A stretch of 64,000 bases of DNA from an uncultured Acidobacteriota bacterium (lineage in GTDB: Bacteria > Acidobacteriota > Polarisedimenticolia > J045). The notes beneath the pieces are model-generated. The model worked only from the letters and a program-made list of their open reading frames with translations, did no database searches and was not told the origin of the DNA. The first letter of the stretch is position 1. Every line of letters begins with the position of its first letter. The position numbers and the translations under genes are program-made. The stretch lies in contig CAVPCQ010000011.1 of assembly GCA_963702425.1 (NCBI GenBank), positions 160,001 to 224,000 of the forward strand. Reading direction: 5' to 3'. Positions 1 to 9,877 of this stretch are shown here, piece after piece.

Positions 1-372
1 CCCCTGGTCGCCGGCGCCCTGCTGGTCGGGGTCGGTGCGGTCCACCCCCTGAGCGATGTCGGCCGACTGCCGCGTCAGGTGGAGCTGCACCGAGACGCCG
101 GCGGCGTTGAAGGACTCGCTCGGGTCGGTGTAACCGATCTTCTCGATCGTGTCGCGCACGAGCTTCTCGAAGTTCAGCCTGGCACCGGTCGTGATCTCGC
201 CCCCCAGGATGACCTGGTTGCTCTTGCACATGACTTCGCAGGCGACGCGGCTGTGCTTGTCCTGCCTCAGGCACTCGTCGAGCACGGTGTCGGCGATCAG
301 GTCGCAGACCTTGTCGGGGTGGCCTTCGGTCACGGACTCGGAGCTGAACAGGAACTCGTTCGTTTTCGCCAT
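1..372 (-). CDS. metK: S-adenosylmethionine synthetase (N-terminal part, runs off window)
   Basis: Manual translation from ATG at 372: MAKTNEFLFSSESVTEGHPDKVCDLIADTVLD...QSADIAQGVD...GAGDQG. SESVTEGHPDK and GAGDQG are MetK signatures; purine-rich RBS upstream. Confidence 0.97.
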   Translation of the reverse strand, partial: MAKTNEFLFSSESVTEGHPDKVCDLIADTVLDECLRQDKHSRVACEVMCKSNQVILGGEITTGARLNFEKLVRDTIEKIGYTDPSESFNAAGVSVQLHLTRQSADIAQGVDRTDPDQQGAGDQG

Positions 373-463
373 GGGGCTTTTTCCTTCTTCCGGGCGGGCC
401 TCGGGCCCGCGAACGCTCGTTGGACTCGGATCCGCGGCCGCGCACCGGGGAACGCGGATCGAC

Positions 464-595
464 CGGACACTTGGTTGCCCAGGCCTTCAGGACCGCATCC
501 CCGAAACGAGCCCTTGCGGGACCGTCTCGGGATGGCACCTTGGGTGTCCGCCCAGGTTGCCGGACCCGGCGCCGGCCGGGTCGCTCCCGATGCAA
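464..595 (-). ncRNA. SAM-I/IV-type riboswitch upstream of metK
   Basis: Minus strand: P1 GCATC...GATGC; ATCGGGAG; P2 GACCCGG/CCGGGTC; CGGCAACC; P3 with loop CGGACAC; AAGGTGCC; P4 CCCGAGACG/CGTTTCGGG; P5 GGTC-CTGAA-GGCC. A downstream GTGTCCG is perfectly complementary to the P3 loop (PK2). Confidence 0.88.
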
Positions 596-699
596 CGGCG
601 CAAGATACCGTCCCGCGGCGACGCCATCAACACGCCGGGGGGCGCGCTCCGCTCCGGCCGCACCCCAGACCGCGCCCGCCGGCCAGCCGGCCGGCCCGG

Positions 700-1750
700 C
701 CGGCCGGGGGTCGCCACCCCCCACCCCAACGACGGAGGAGAAGAAGGCGGCCGACGGCGGCTTCCCGGCATCGGACGGGGTCCCCGATCGCGAACCCTCC
801 CCGGTCGAATCCGCCGAGTTTCAGGCGGTCGATCCGGGCGATCGCTGGCCGGTCGAGCAGATCGTCGCCGGCCGGTGGATCGAGGCCGGACCGACCAACA
901 TCCCCGGCCCGGTCACCGGCCTGGCCCGGCCGGCGAACTCGCCCGGGTCGCTCCTGGTCGCCAACGCCGACGGCGGGCCGAGGCTCACGCGCGACAGCGG
1001 GGCGAGCTGGGAGCCGCTGACCGAGGGCGAGGCGACGCAGGCCTCGGCTCGGTCCAGGCCGATCCGGTCGATCCCCGGGTCTTCTAGTGGGGCACGGGCG
1101 AGTGGAACGGGGCAATCGACAACCACGACGGCGAGGTGATCGGCGGCCGCGATTCGGGCGTCTACGGCAGCACGAACCGCAGCCTCAACCGGGTGGGTGG
1201 CCACCGGGCAGGGCCTGCCCACCACGCAGTTCCACGGGGGCTGCGGCCACGATACCGACGGCGCGTGGCTCGCGGGCGGGACGGAGGACAGCGGCACCGA
1301 CCGGACCCGGACCGGCGAGTCCTGGCGCTGCATCCGCTGGGGCGACGGCGGGAACGGCTTCGCCGATGCCAGCTCGGGGGTCCGCAGCGACGACGCCGAA
1401 GGCGTGGGGCGGGATCTTCGAGCGCAACCCCTCATCCGGTCGAACGATCTACCTCGGCACCAGCCGCGTCTACCGCACGACCGACTTCCACACGGCGGCG
1501 TGGAAGGAGATCCTCGGGCCGGTCTACCGCAACCGGCTGGTGAGCGCGCTCGCGGTCTCTCCCGCCAACCGCAGCGCGCTCTGGGTGGGCTACGAGTGGG
1601 GCGGCCTGTACCGCTCGGCGGACGCACCGGCTGCGCTGGGACACCGAGGCCTGCGCGGCCGCGCGTTACCACCTCTCCTACGGCCCGCTCGGCGCGGTGG
1701 GCGACGCGGTCTACTCGGGGCAGGCGTGCGATGTCGGACGCGGCGGCGTG
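700..1750 (+). pseudogene. Decayed BNR/Asp-box beta-propeller (VPS10/glycosyl hydrolase-like) gene
   Basis: Family-typical fragments in different frames: WIEAGPTNIPG..TRDSGASWEPLT; IGGRDSGVYGSTN; GLPTTQFH..GGTEDSG..WGDGG; IYLGTSRVYRTTD..VSALAVSP..GGLYRS. No intact ORF; boundaries approximate. Confidence 0.7.
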
Positions 1751-1807
1751 ATCTCTCAGGAGCCGGCCGCGAGCTGTCCCTGAGCACGGGCTGGGCCTCC
1801 CCTCCCG

Positions 1808-2419
1808 TCAGCAGAGGTTCTGCGTGACGAAGACCTTCCCCCCGGCGGTGATCGACACCCCGATCCCCTGGCGCTCGAAGCCGCGCTTGAGCAGGTTCTC
1901 GCGGTGCCCCTCGCTGCTCATCCAGCCCTCGACGACCTGACGGGCGATCTCGTCCGCGCTCATCCACTGGTAGGAGCGCACCCCCGCCGAGCCGAAGGTG
2001 ACCGACGAGAAGACCGCCGACTGGAAGATGTTCTCGCCGAGGCCGTGGGTCACGTAGTTGCCGTGACTCCTGCGACAGGGATACCCGGCGTCGAGCCCGC
2101 GCCGCCCCGGGTCCTTTCCATCGGGCGAAGTGTGGTCGAAGAACTTGCGCGCCGCCATGTCGGCGGAATGGCGGCGCGCGATGTCGGCCAGTTTCAGGTC
2201 GGTGGCGAGCGGCGGCAGCCCGGCCCGCACGCGCTCTGCATTGACCAGCTCGGCGACGCGCGCTTCGACCACCGCCGACTCGACGCCCGACCACGCGGCG
2301 ACGTCGATCGTTCCGTCCGACTGCGCGCGGAGCGGGGTCGCGCCGGGCCACGCCGCGACCAGCGCGACCAGCGCGGCGAACGCGCTCCAACGGGCCGGCG
2401 CGGGCCGGCGGAGGCTCAC
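1808..2419 (-). CDS. CAP/SCP domain secreted protein
   Basis: Signal peptide; LVNAER, ARRHSADMA..FFDHTSPDG, GENI and WMSSEGHRENLL motifs; GTG start overlaps the upstream stop (GTGA). Confidence 0.9.
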   Translation of the reverse strand: MSLRRPAPARWSAFAALVALVAAWPGATPLRAQSDGTIDVAAWSGVESAVVEARVAELVNAERVRAGLPPLATDLKLADIARRHSADMAARKFFDHTSPDGKDPGRRGLDAGYPCRRSHGNYVTHGLGENIFQSAVFSSVTFGSAGVRSYQWMSADEIARQVVEGWMSSEGHRENLLKRGFERQGIGVSITAGGKVFVTQNLC

Positions 2420-3540
2420 GGCGCTTCCTTTGCGGGCGGGGCTTGGCGGCCGAAGTGACGGCGCGCTCCCACGAGGTCCTGCGCCCGCCCAAGCACGACG
2501 ACCGTCTCCCCCGCGCGCAGGCGGTGGGCGCCGGGCGGGTTGAAGACGACCTCCTCGGACCCCGGCTCGCGAGCCGCGACGACGAGCAGCCGTCCGAAGC
2601 GGCGCACGTCGGCTTCGGCGAGCGACTTGCCGTCGACGTCGCTGCCGGACTCGACGACCAGTTCCTCGAAGCGGTACGGGTCCTCCGGCTCGCGCAGCAT
2701 CCGCTCGATGAAGGTCATGACGGTCGGGCTGAGCAGCTCGCCGACCAGCCGGCGGCCACCGATCGCGGTCGTGTTGACCACCGCGTCGGCGCCGGCCGCG
2801 CCCAGCTTGTTCCGCGCGAAGTCGTCCACGCCCTTGCTGACGATCCGCAGGCGGGGGTTGAGCGCCCGCGCCGACAGCGTGACGAACACGTTGTCCTTGT
2901 CGTCGGTCAGCGCCGCGACCAGTCCCGTGGCGCGCTCGATGCCGGCCTCGCGCAGCACGGCGTCGTCGTCCGCACGACCGACGACGTAGAGGAATCCGCC
3001 GAGCTGCTGGAACACGTGCCGCAGCCGGTCCGCGTCCTTGTCGATCGCCACGAAGGGCGTTCCCAGCTCGCGCAGCTCCTCGACGCAGTGCATCCCGGTC
3101 GAGCCGACCCCGCAGACGATGACGTGGCCGGCCAGTTTGGCGATGTCGCGATCCATGCGGCGCCTCCGGAAGACGTCGGTGAAGAGCCCGTCCACGATCA
3201 GGGCAGTCGAGTTGGTGATCAGGAAGGCCGGGACGGCCACCCCGACGACGGCGAGGAGCATCGTGAACAGCGTCGCTCCCGGCAGCCCCTTGATGTCGAG
3301 CCAGTCGCCGTAGCCGATCGTGGAGAGCGTGATCACGGTCATGAACAGGCAGTTGAGCAGCGTCCACTGCTCCCGCCCGTGGTAGAGCCCGATCGCGTAG
3401 TAGATCAGGGTCGAGGCCACGATCACGAGGAGCAGGACGATCGCGCCCTGCCGCACGAGGCGGAGCGGCTCGTAGCGGGATGGGCGGGACGCCGCACGGG
3501 GTCGTGAAGGGGACGTCGCGCGCGGCCTGAAACTCGACAT
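2416..3540 (-). CDS. Two-TM potassium channel with RCK (TrkA-N/TrkA-C) domains
   Basis: TIGYGD selectivity filter, HVIVCGVGSTG Rossmann motif and C-terminal TrkA-C domain. Confidence 0.93.
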   Translation of the reverse strand: MSSFRPRATSPSRPRAASRPSRYEPLRLVRQGAIVLLLVIVASTLIYYAIGLYHGREQWTLLNCLFMTVITLSTIGYGDWLDIKGLPGATLFTMLLAVVGVAVPAFLITNSTALIVDGLFTDVFRRRRMDRDIAKLAGHVIVCGVGSTGMHCVEELRELGTPFVAIDKDADRLRHVFQQLGGFLYVVGRADDDAVLREAGIERATGLVAALTDDKDNVFVTLSARALNPRLRIVSKGVDDFARNKLGAAGADAVVNTTAIGGRRLVGELLSPTVMTFIERMLREPEDPYRFEELVVESGSDVDGKSLAEADVRRFGRLLVVAAREPGSEEVVFNPPGAHRLRAGETVVVLGRAQDLVGARRHFGRQAPPAKEAP

Positions 3541-3788
3541 CAACCGCATTCTACGCGCGCGTCCCTCGAGGCGGCGCCGCTGGAACTGCGGCCCCGCGCC
3601 GGCGTCGGAGGTGCAGGGCGCAGCGCCCGCGAACAGGGTGCGCCCGGGTCTCTCGTGTTCCTGAATGTCCGTAAGTGTTCACAATAGCCGTCCGGACTCC
3701 CCGGCCCGGAATATCGGCTCGCGCGCCCTGCCGGCTCGGCGAACACTTAGAGGCGTCCGGGGACGCTCTGCGGGGGGCGGGAGAACCG

Positions 3789-3944
3789 GTGATAGTTACC
3801 ATCGTCTGTCACTGCGGGAACCACAACCAGGTCTCGGAGCACGAACTCGAGGTGGCGCACTGCTCGCGCTGCTTCCGACTCCTGCTGCCCGCGTCGAGGG
3901 TCGCACCCGAGGCCTCGGCGGCCAGCCTGCCGTCGCACCCGTAG
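3789..3944 (+). CDS. Small putative zinc-ribbon protein (51 aa)
   Basis: GGGAGA RBS then GTG; IVCHCGNHNQV...AHCSRCFRLL (CxC-x15-CxxC). Confidence 0.55.
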   Translation: MIVTIVCHCGNHNQVSEHELEVAHCSRCFRLLLPASRVAPEASAASLPSHP

Positions 3945-3991
3945 CGGTTCTCCGTGGCGCTCCGGCGCCCGGGTGAGCAGAATCGACGGTC

Positions 3992-5677
3992 GTGAAGGAA
4001 TCGCCGAAGGAACTCGCCGCCCAACGCCTCCGCCTGCTGGCCCTCCCCCCTCGCGAGCGGGTCGCCGCGATCGAGGATGCCCCGAACCCGGGTGAGCTGG
4101 TCCGTGCGCTTCCGGCGCAGGACCTGTTCCTGACGCTCGTCGAGACCGGCTTCGACGACGCGCTGGTGCTGCTCGAGCACGCCAGCGTGCCGCAGGTCGA
4201 GTTCCTGTTCGACCTGGGCGCGTGGGACCGCGATGCGTTCGACCCCACGCGCTTCTCCCGCTGGCTGTCGGCAGTCGCGACCGCCAACCCGGAACGCGTC
4301 GCCCGCTGGCTCCTCGATGGGGACGAGGCGGCCGTCGTGCTGGCGCTGGCGAGCGTGTTCCACGTCTTCAAGCTCGACGAGTCGAGCGACCCCGCCTTCT
4401 GGCCCCCGGATCGCCCGCTCTCGACGCTCGATGGGACCTACTTCGTCGAACCGCGGGACGAGGTGCCGGACGAGGCGGCCGTGGCGCTGTGGGATGCCCT
4501 GGCGCGGCTGCGCTCCACCCACTCGCCGGCCTTCGAGGCCCTGCTCGAGCAGGTGATGTGGGCTGTCCCGGCCGAGCGCGAGGAGGAGGCCTACGAGCGC
4601 CGCGCCTCGCGCCTGGCGGAGAAGGGCTTCCCGCCGTTCGACGAGGCGATCGAGGTCTGGGCGGCGGGTCGGGAGGCCGATCCGGCCGTTCGGCGGCAGG
4701 CCGCGGACCGGGCGGTCGCGGCCGCCGCGTCGCACCTGATGAACGCCGCGCCGGCTCCAGCCGAGACCGCGCGCCATCTCCCCGCGCCGGTCGCCGAAGC
4801 GGGCCGAGCGCTCGCGCAGGCGGTCGCCGGACTCGATCCGGTCGAGCAGCACCGCGTCCTGGCCGACCTGCTTCGGGTCGGCAACCGCTTCGCGGTCTCC
4901 GGCCTCGGCGACCTCGGTGAGATCGAAACCCACCGCGAGGGGCTGCGGATCGCGCTCTCGCACGCCAGTCTCGGGCTGCACGAGCTGGGCGGCGTGCGCG
5001 CCGGCGCACTCGGCCCGGCGCTGCTGGCGACGGTCCCGGTGCCGGACCTGGTCCGCGCGGGGACCGGCGCGGTGATGGAGCGCGCCGAGCGTGCGCGGCG
5101 ACTCGCGGCCGGCTGGCTGTCTCGCGTCCCCGGCAGCCGGCAGCGACTCGACCCGGAAAGCGAGGAGATGCTCGCCGCGCTGCTCTCGCCGCGCCCGGCC
5201 TTCGGTGCCGCCGGAATGGCGACACGCCCCTTCCGGAGCCCGGAGGATCTCGCGGCCGCAGACGAGGCGCTCGACGCGACCGAGGCGCTCGGCCGGTTCG
5301 TTGAGGAGCGGCTGGGGGTCAACCACGACGGGCGCTGGCCCGAGCTCGACCCCCTTCCCGCGGCGCGGGGGGGCCCGCTGGACCTCGACTGGCCGGCGGT
5401 GGCGCTGACCGCGATCGCGCGCGCGGCGCTCGGCGAGCCAGCCCGTCCGCGGCCGCTCAGCCCGGACGAGGCGCGCCGCGCGCTCGCCCTGCTGCTCGAG
5501 GGCGAGGATCCGCGCCGGCCGGCGGCGCGCCTGTTCGAGATCGCGGAGGGACTGGGCCTCGGCGCGGCGGCGAGTCACCTGGGACGGCGGCTCGCGGACG
5601 AACTGAGCGAACTGCCGCCGGACGACGCTCCCGATCCGCGGTTCGTACGCTCGCTGCTGCTGCGCTGGAACGATTGA
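3992..5677 (+). CDS. DUF6178 family protein
   Basis: LVRALPAQDLF..ETGFDDA..LLEHAS..QVEFLFDLGAWDRD, and R.SRLAEKGFPPFDEA, resemble DUF6178; GC3-biased codons. Confidence 0.75.
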   Translation: MKESPKELAAQRLRLLALPPRERVAAIEDAPNPGELVRALPAQDLFLTLVETGFDDALVLLEHASVPQVEFLFDLGAWDRDAFDPTRFSRWLSAVATANPERVARWLLDGDEAAVVLALASVFHVFKLDESSDPAFWPPDRPLSTLDGTYFVEPRDEVPDEAAVALWDALARLRSTHSPAFEALLEQVMWAVPAEREEEAYERRASRLAEKGFPPFDEAIEVWAAGREADPAVRRQAADRAVAAAASHLMNAAPAPAETARHLPAPVAEAGRALAQAVAGLDPVEQHRVLADLLRVGNRFAVSGLGDLGEIETHREGLRIALSHASLGLHELGGVRAGALGPALLATVPVPDLVRAGTGAVMERAERARRLAAGWLSRVPGSRQRLDPESEEMLAALLSPRPAFGAAGMATRPFRSPEDLAAADEALDATEALGRFVEERLGVNHDGRWPELDPLPAARGGPLDLDWPAVALTAIARAALGEPARPRPLSPDEARRALALLLEGEDPRRPAARLFEIAEGLGLGAAASHLGRRLADELSELPPDDAPDPRFVRSLLLRWND

Positions 5678-5687
5678 TCGAACACGC

Positions 5688-5762
5688 TGGAGGCGCCGGT
5701 CGGAATCGAACCGACGAATAAGGGTTTTGCAGACCCTCGCCTTACCACTTGGCTACGGCGCC
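5688..5762 (-). tRNA. tRNA-Cys (GCA)
   Basis: GGCGCCGTAGCCAAGTGGTAAGGCGAGGGTCTGCAAAACCCTTATTCGTCGGTTCGATTCCGACCGGCGCCTCCA folds as a cloverleaf with encoded CCA. Confidence 0.97.
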
Positions 5763-5777
5763 GAGAGCGAAAACCGG

Positions 5778-5807
5778 AGGATAATCCCCGTCGCCCGGCG
5801 CCGTCAA
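5778..5807 (-). promoter_or_regulatory. Sigma70-type promoter for tRNA-Cys
   Basis: TTGACG-N18-TATCCT about 15 nt upstream of the tRNA 5' end. Confidence 0.6.
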
Positions 5808-5836
5808 AAGGCCCGGACCGTCGGAGGTTCCGCCCC

Positions 5837-7384
5837 GTGCAGCCCCAACCCTCGTCCCCCGCAGCGCCCGACGCCACGCTGACCAGCATCGCGCCCGGGT
5901 CCCTGGCCGCGCGCGACGCGATCCTCCCCGAGCCGGCGACCGTCGTCATCTTCGGCGCCAGCGGCGACCTGGCCCGGCGCAAGCTGCTGCCGTCGCTCTA
6001 CTACCTCTTCCGGCAGGGGCTGCTCCCGGAGGGTACGCGGATCCTCGGACTGGCCCGCGAGACCGGCCCGCGCGAGTCGGTCGTCCAGGCCCTCGAGGAG
6101 TCGATCCGGACCCACGCCGCCCCGAGCTACGACGCCGGGACCTTCGCCCGGTTCGCGGAACGCGTCTCGTATCTCGGCGGCGCCTTCGACAACCCGCTGA
6201 CCTTCGACGCACTGAAGATGGAGCTCGCGGGATCGACGGGAGAGGGAGCGACGCTCGGCAACCGCCTCTTCTACCTCTCGGTGCCGCCGGGGATCGTTCT
6301 GGCGATCCTGGACCAGCTCTCCGCGCGCGGACTGCTGCGGCGTGGCGGCACGACCCCCTGGACGCGGGTCGTGTTCGAGAAGCCCTACGGCACCGACCTG
6401 GCCTCCGCCCTCGCACTCGACGCCGAGGTCCACCGCCACCTCGACGAGTCGCAGATCTACCGGATCGACCACTACCTGGGCAAGGAGACGGTCCAGAACA
6501 TCCTGGTCTTCCGCTTCGCGAACGCGATCTTCGAGCCGCTGTGGAACCGCAAGTACGTCGACCACGTGCAGATCACGGCGTCGGAGACGCTGGGGGTCGA
6601 GGGGCGCGGGAAGTTCTACGAGGAGGCCGGGGTCCTGCGCGACGTCGTGCAGAACCACCTACTCGAGGTCCTCTCGCTCTGCGCCATGGAAGCCCCCCTC
6701 TCCTTCGGGGCCGACGACGTGCGGGACGAAAAGGTCAAGGTGCTGCGCGCGCTCCGGCCGATCTACCCGGGGGAGTTCACCGAGCGCGTCGTGATGGCCC
6801 AGTACGACGGCTACCGCGCCGAGCCCAGCGTCGCCCCCGACTCGCGCACGCCGACCTACGCGGCGCTGCAGGTCTTCGTCGAGAACTGGCGCTGGCAGGG
6901 CGTGCCGTTCTACCTGCGCGCCGGAAAGAAGCTGAAGAGCCGCAGCACCGAGGTCGCCGTCTACTTCCAGCCGATTCCGCTCTGCCTGTTTCCGGACCGC
7001 GAGCTGTGCGCGCTCGTCCGCCCCAACGTGCTGACGATGAAGATCCAGCCCGACGAGGGGATCAAGCTCAGCTTCGCCGCCAAGACGCCGGGCGAGCAGC
7101 TGGCCATCTCCGAGGTGACGATGGACTTCTCGTACGCGCGCAGCTTCGGCGTGCCGCTGGCCGACGCCTACGCGCAGTTGCTGCTCGACGCGATGCGCGG
7201 CGACGCCACGCGCTTCGCCCGCACCGACAGCGTCGTCGCCGCCTGGCGCTGGGTGACGCCGATCCTCGACTGGTGGGGCTCGCCGGATGCGCCGCCGCCC
7301 GTGACCTATCCGTCGGGAAGCGCCGGCCCGCGCGAGGCCGATGCGCTCCTCCTCCCCGGCGGTGACGCCTGGCAACCGCTCTGA
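5837..7384 (+). CDS. zwf: Glucose-6-phosphate 1-dehydrogenase
   Basis: [29 protein letters not shown] and [12 protein letters not shown] motifs. Confidence 0.97.
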   Translation: MQPQPSSPAAPDATLTSIAPGSLAARDAILPEPATVVIFGASGDLARRKLLPSLYYLFRQGLLPEGTRILGLARETGPRESVVQALEESIRTHAAPSYDAGTFARFAERVSYLGGAFDNPLTFDALKMELAGSTGEGATLGNRLFYLSVPPGIVLAILDQLSARGLLRRGGTTPWTRVVFEKPYGTDLASALALDAEVHRHLDESQIYRIDHYLGKETVQNILVFRFANAIFEPLWNRKYVDHVQITASETLGVEGRGKFYEEAGVLRDVVQNHLLEVLSLCAMEAPLSFGADDVRDEKVKVLRALRPIYPGEFTERVVMAQYDGYRAEPSVAPDSRTPTYAALQVFVENWRWQGVPFYLRAGKKLKSRSTEVAVYFQPIPLCLFPDRELCALVRPNVLTMKIQPDEGIKLSFAAKTPGEQLAISEVTMDFSYARSFGVPLADAYAQLLLDAMRGDATRFARTDSVVAAWRWVTPILDWWGSPDAPPPVTYPSGSAGPREADALLLPGGDAWQPL

Positions 7385-7392
7385 GCAGGGCC

Positions 7393-8097
7393 ATGGAAAG
7401 CTCGCGCGTCATCGTCCATCCCGATCGACCGGCGCTCGATGCCGGCGCGGCCACGCTGATCGTCGAGCGGCTGGCGGCGCTGCTCGCCGAGCGCGAGCGG
7501 GCTTCGTTGATGCTCTCGGGCGGCTCCACGCCGCGCGCGGTCTATCAGGCGCTCGCCACGCCGCCGCTCTCGGCCCGGCTGCCGTGGGACCGGATCGACT
7601 TCTACTTCGGCGACGAGCGGGCCGTGCCGCGCGAGGACCCGGAGAGCAACTACGGCATGGCACGCCGCGTGCTGTTCGACCCGCTCGGCGCCTCGCCGCG
7701 GCAGGTGTTCCGGATGGAGGCCGACGATTTCGACATCGAGGCCGCGGCGGAGCGCTACGGCGCGGTGCTTCCGGAGTCGATCGACCTGGTGCTGCTCGGC
7801 GTGGGCGCCGACGGCCATACCGCGTCGCTCTTTCCCGGACAGCCGGCGCTCGACGAGACCGCGCGTCGGGTCGTAGCCGTGCACGGACCGAAGCCCCCGG
7901 TGCTGCGCCTGACGGTCACTCCACCGGTGCTCGTGGAAGCGGGAGAGATCGTGGTCCTGGCGACCGGAGGCGACAAGGCCAAGGCGATCCAGCGCGCCTT
8001 TGAGGGGCCGTGGGACCCGATGATCTGCCCGGCGCAACTGGCGCGGCGCGGGACCTTCGTCCTGGACCGAGCGGCGGCGGCGCTGCTGGCGCGCTGA
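7393..8097 (+). CDS. pgl: 6-phosphogluconolactonase
   Basis: LSGGSTP, FGDERAVP..ESNY and LLGVGADGHTASLFP; follows zwf. Confidence 0.96.
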   Translation: MESSRVIVHPDRPALDAGAATLIVERLAALLAERERASLMLSGGSTPRAVYQALATPPLSARLPWDRIDFYFGDERAVPREDPESNYGMARRVLFDPLGASPRQVFRMEADDFDIEAAAERYGAVLPESIDLVLLGVGADGHTASLFPGQPALDETARRVVAVHGPKPPVLRLTVTPPVLVEAGEIVVLATGGDKAKAIQRAFEGPWDPMICPAQLARRGTFVLDRAAAALLAR

Positions 8098-8122
8098 CGG
8101 CAGCGCGATCAGGCCGACCGCA

Positions 8123-8206
8123 GGGGCGCAGCGCCCGGACCTTGGCCACGAGCATCCGCATGCTGAACGGCTTGGTGAGGTCGTCGGCTGCCACGAGGAT
8201 CTTCAT
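8123..8206 (-). pseudogene. Remnant of an OmpR-type response regulator receiver domain
   Basis: ATG overlaps the cysW stop (ATGA). MKILVAADDLTKPFSMRMLVAKVRALR joins the receiver beta1 strand directly to the ADD(Y)LTKPFS..L.AKVRAL end. Confidence 0.65.
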
Positions 8207-9045
8207 TCGTGCGTCCTCCACTCGAGGAACGTCTTGGCGACCAGCGTCACGACCGCCAGGAGGGTCAGGAGCGACGCCACGGCGAACGCGGCGGCCATCT
8301 GGTACTCGTTGTAGAGGATCTCGACGTGCAGCGGCAGCGTCGTCGTCTCTCCGCGGATGTGTCCCGACACGACCGACACCGCGCCGAACTCGCCCATCGC
8401 CCGCGCGTTGCAGAGCACGATGCCGAACAGCAGGCCCCACTTCATCTTCGGCAGGCTGATGCGGCGGAACATCTGCCAGCCGCTCGCCCCGAGCGTGAGC
8501 GCGGCCTGCTCCTCGTCGCTCCCCTGTCCGCGCATCACCGGGATCAGCTCCCGCGCCACGAACGGCGCGGTCACGAAGGCGGTCGCGAGCACGATCCCCG
8601 GCAGCGCGAAGATGACCTTGACGTCGTGCTCGGCGAGCCACCCGCCGAGCAGCCCGTTGGCCCCGAAGAGCAGCACGAACAGCATCCCGGAGACGACCGG
8701 CGAGACGCTGAATGGCAGGTCGATCAGCGTCGTCAACAGGTGCCGGCCGCGGAACTCGAATTTCGCGACCGCCCAGGCCGCCGCCACCCCGAACAGGGCG
8801 TTGACCGGCACGACGATCGCCGCGGTGAGGAGCGTCAGGCGAATGGCCGCGCGGGCCATCGGGTCGGCCAGCGCCGCGAAGTAGACCGCCGGTCCCTTCA
8901 TCAGCGCCTCGACGAAGACGGTCAGGAGCGGAAGGACGAGGAACAGCGCCAGGAAGCCGAGCGCCGCCCCGATGAGCAGCCGGCGCACGAGCGGCGGCTC
9001 GTCCAGGTGGCGGGAGCGGGCTTGCTCCCGCCCCGCGTCAGGCAC
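8203..9045 (-). CDS. cysW: Sulfate ABC transporter permease CysW
   Basis: LIDLPFSVSPVVSG, PFVARELIP, NARAMGEFGAVSVVSGHIRG and TLPLHVEILYNEY; start could be 9054. Confidence 0.95.
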   Translation of the reverse strand: MPDAGREQARSRHLDEPPLVRRLLIGAALGFLALFLVLPLLTVFVEALMKGPAVYFAALADPMARAAIRLTLLTAAIVVPVNALFGVAAAWAVAKFEFRGRHLLTTLIDLPFSVSPVVSGMLFVLLFGANGLLGGWLAEHDVKVIFALPGIVLATAFVTAPFVARELIPVMRGQGSDEEQAALTLGASGWQMFRRISLPKMKWGLLFGIVLCNARAMGEFGAVSVVSGHIRGETTTLPLHVEILYNEYQMAAAFAVASLLTLLAVVTLVAKTFLEWRTHE

Positions 9046-9875
9046 CCTGCGCACGCGATCCCCTCGTCCAAGCCAGCCGGTTGAGGGCCAGCAGCATCGC
9101 GAACGACGCCAGCAGGAAGACCAGCGCGATCGCCGTCGCCCCGGCGGTAGTCGAACTGCTCGAGCTTGATCATGATCAGGAGCGGCGTGATCTCCGAGCG
9201 CATCGGCATGTTCCCGGCGATGAAGATCACCGAGCCGTACTCGCCCAGGCCGCGGGCGAAGGCCAGCACGAAGCCGGTCAGCGCGGCCGGCCTGAGCTCG
9301 GGCAGCAGGACGCGGCGCACGATCTGCAGCCGGCCGGCGCCGAGGCTGGCCGCGGCTTCCTCGAGGTCGGCCGGGAGGTCGCGCAGCACCGGCTGCACCG
9401 TCCGAACCACGAACGGGAGGCCGATGAAGGTCAGGGCGACCACGACGCCGAGCGGGGTGTAGGCGACCTTGATCCCGAGCGGCTCCAGGAACCGGCCGAG
9501 CACGCCGCTCTTGGCGAAGATCGCCGTCAGCGCGATGCCGGCCACCGCCGTCGGGAGCGCGAACGGGAGGTCGACGAGGCCGTCGATCAGCCGGCGTCCC
9601 GGGAAGCGGTAGCGCTCCAGGACCCAGGCCACGAGCAGCCCCATCACGAGGTTGATCAGCGCCGCGACGAGCGCGGCCCCGACGCTCAACCGGTAGCTGG
9701 CAAGCGCGCGCGGCGAGGAGACGGCCGCCCAGAAGTCCGCGAGCGTGAGCGACGCCGATTTCAGGACGAGGGTCGACAGCGGGATCAGGATGAGCAGGCC
9801 GAGGTAGCTCAGCGTCACCCCCATCGCCAGCCCGAAGCCCGGCAGCGGGCCCCGCCGCGCGCGGCGCCAGGCCAC
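9038..9875 (-). CDS. cysT: Sulfate ABC transporter permease CysT (one extra base near 9147)
   Basis: DLPFALPTAVAG, FVVRTVQPV and GEYGSVIFIAGN. Removing one C after LEQFDY restores AGATAIALVFLLASF...QGA* ending at 9038. Confidence 0.92.
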
Positions 9876-9877
9876 CG

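Noticed and set aside
5688-5762. tRNA-Cys as an integration site for an island
   Set aside because: No integrase and no duplicated tRNA 3' end seen; flanking genes look chromosomal.
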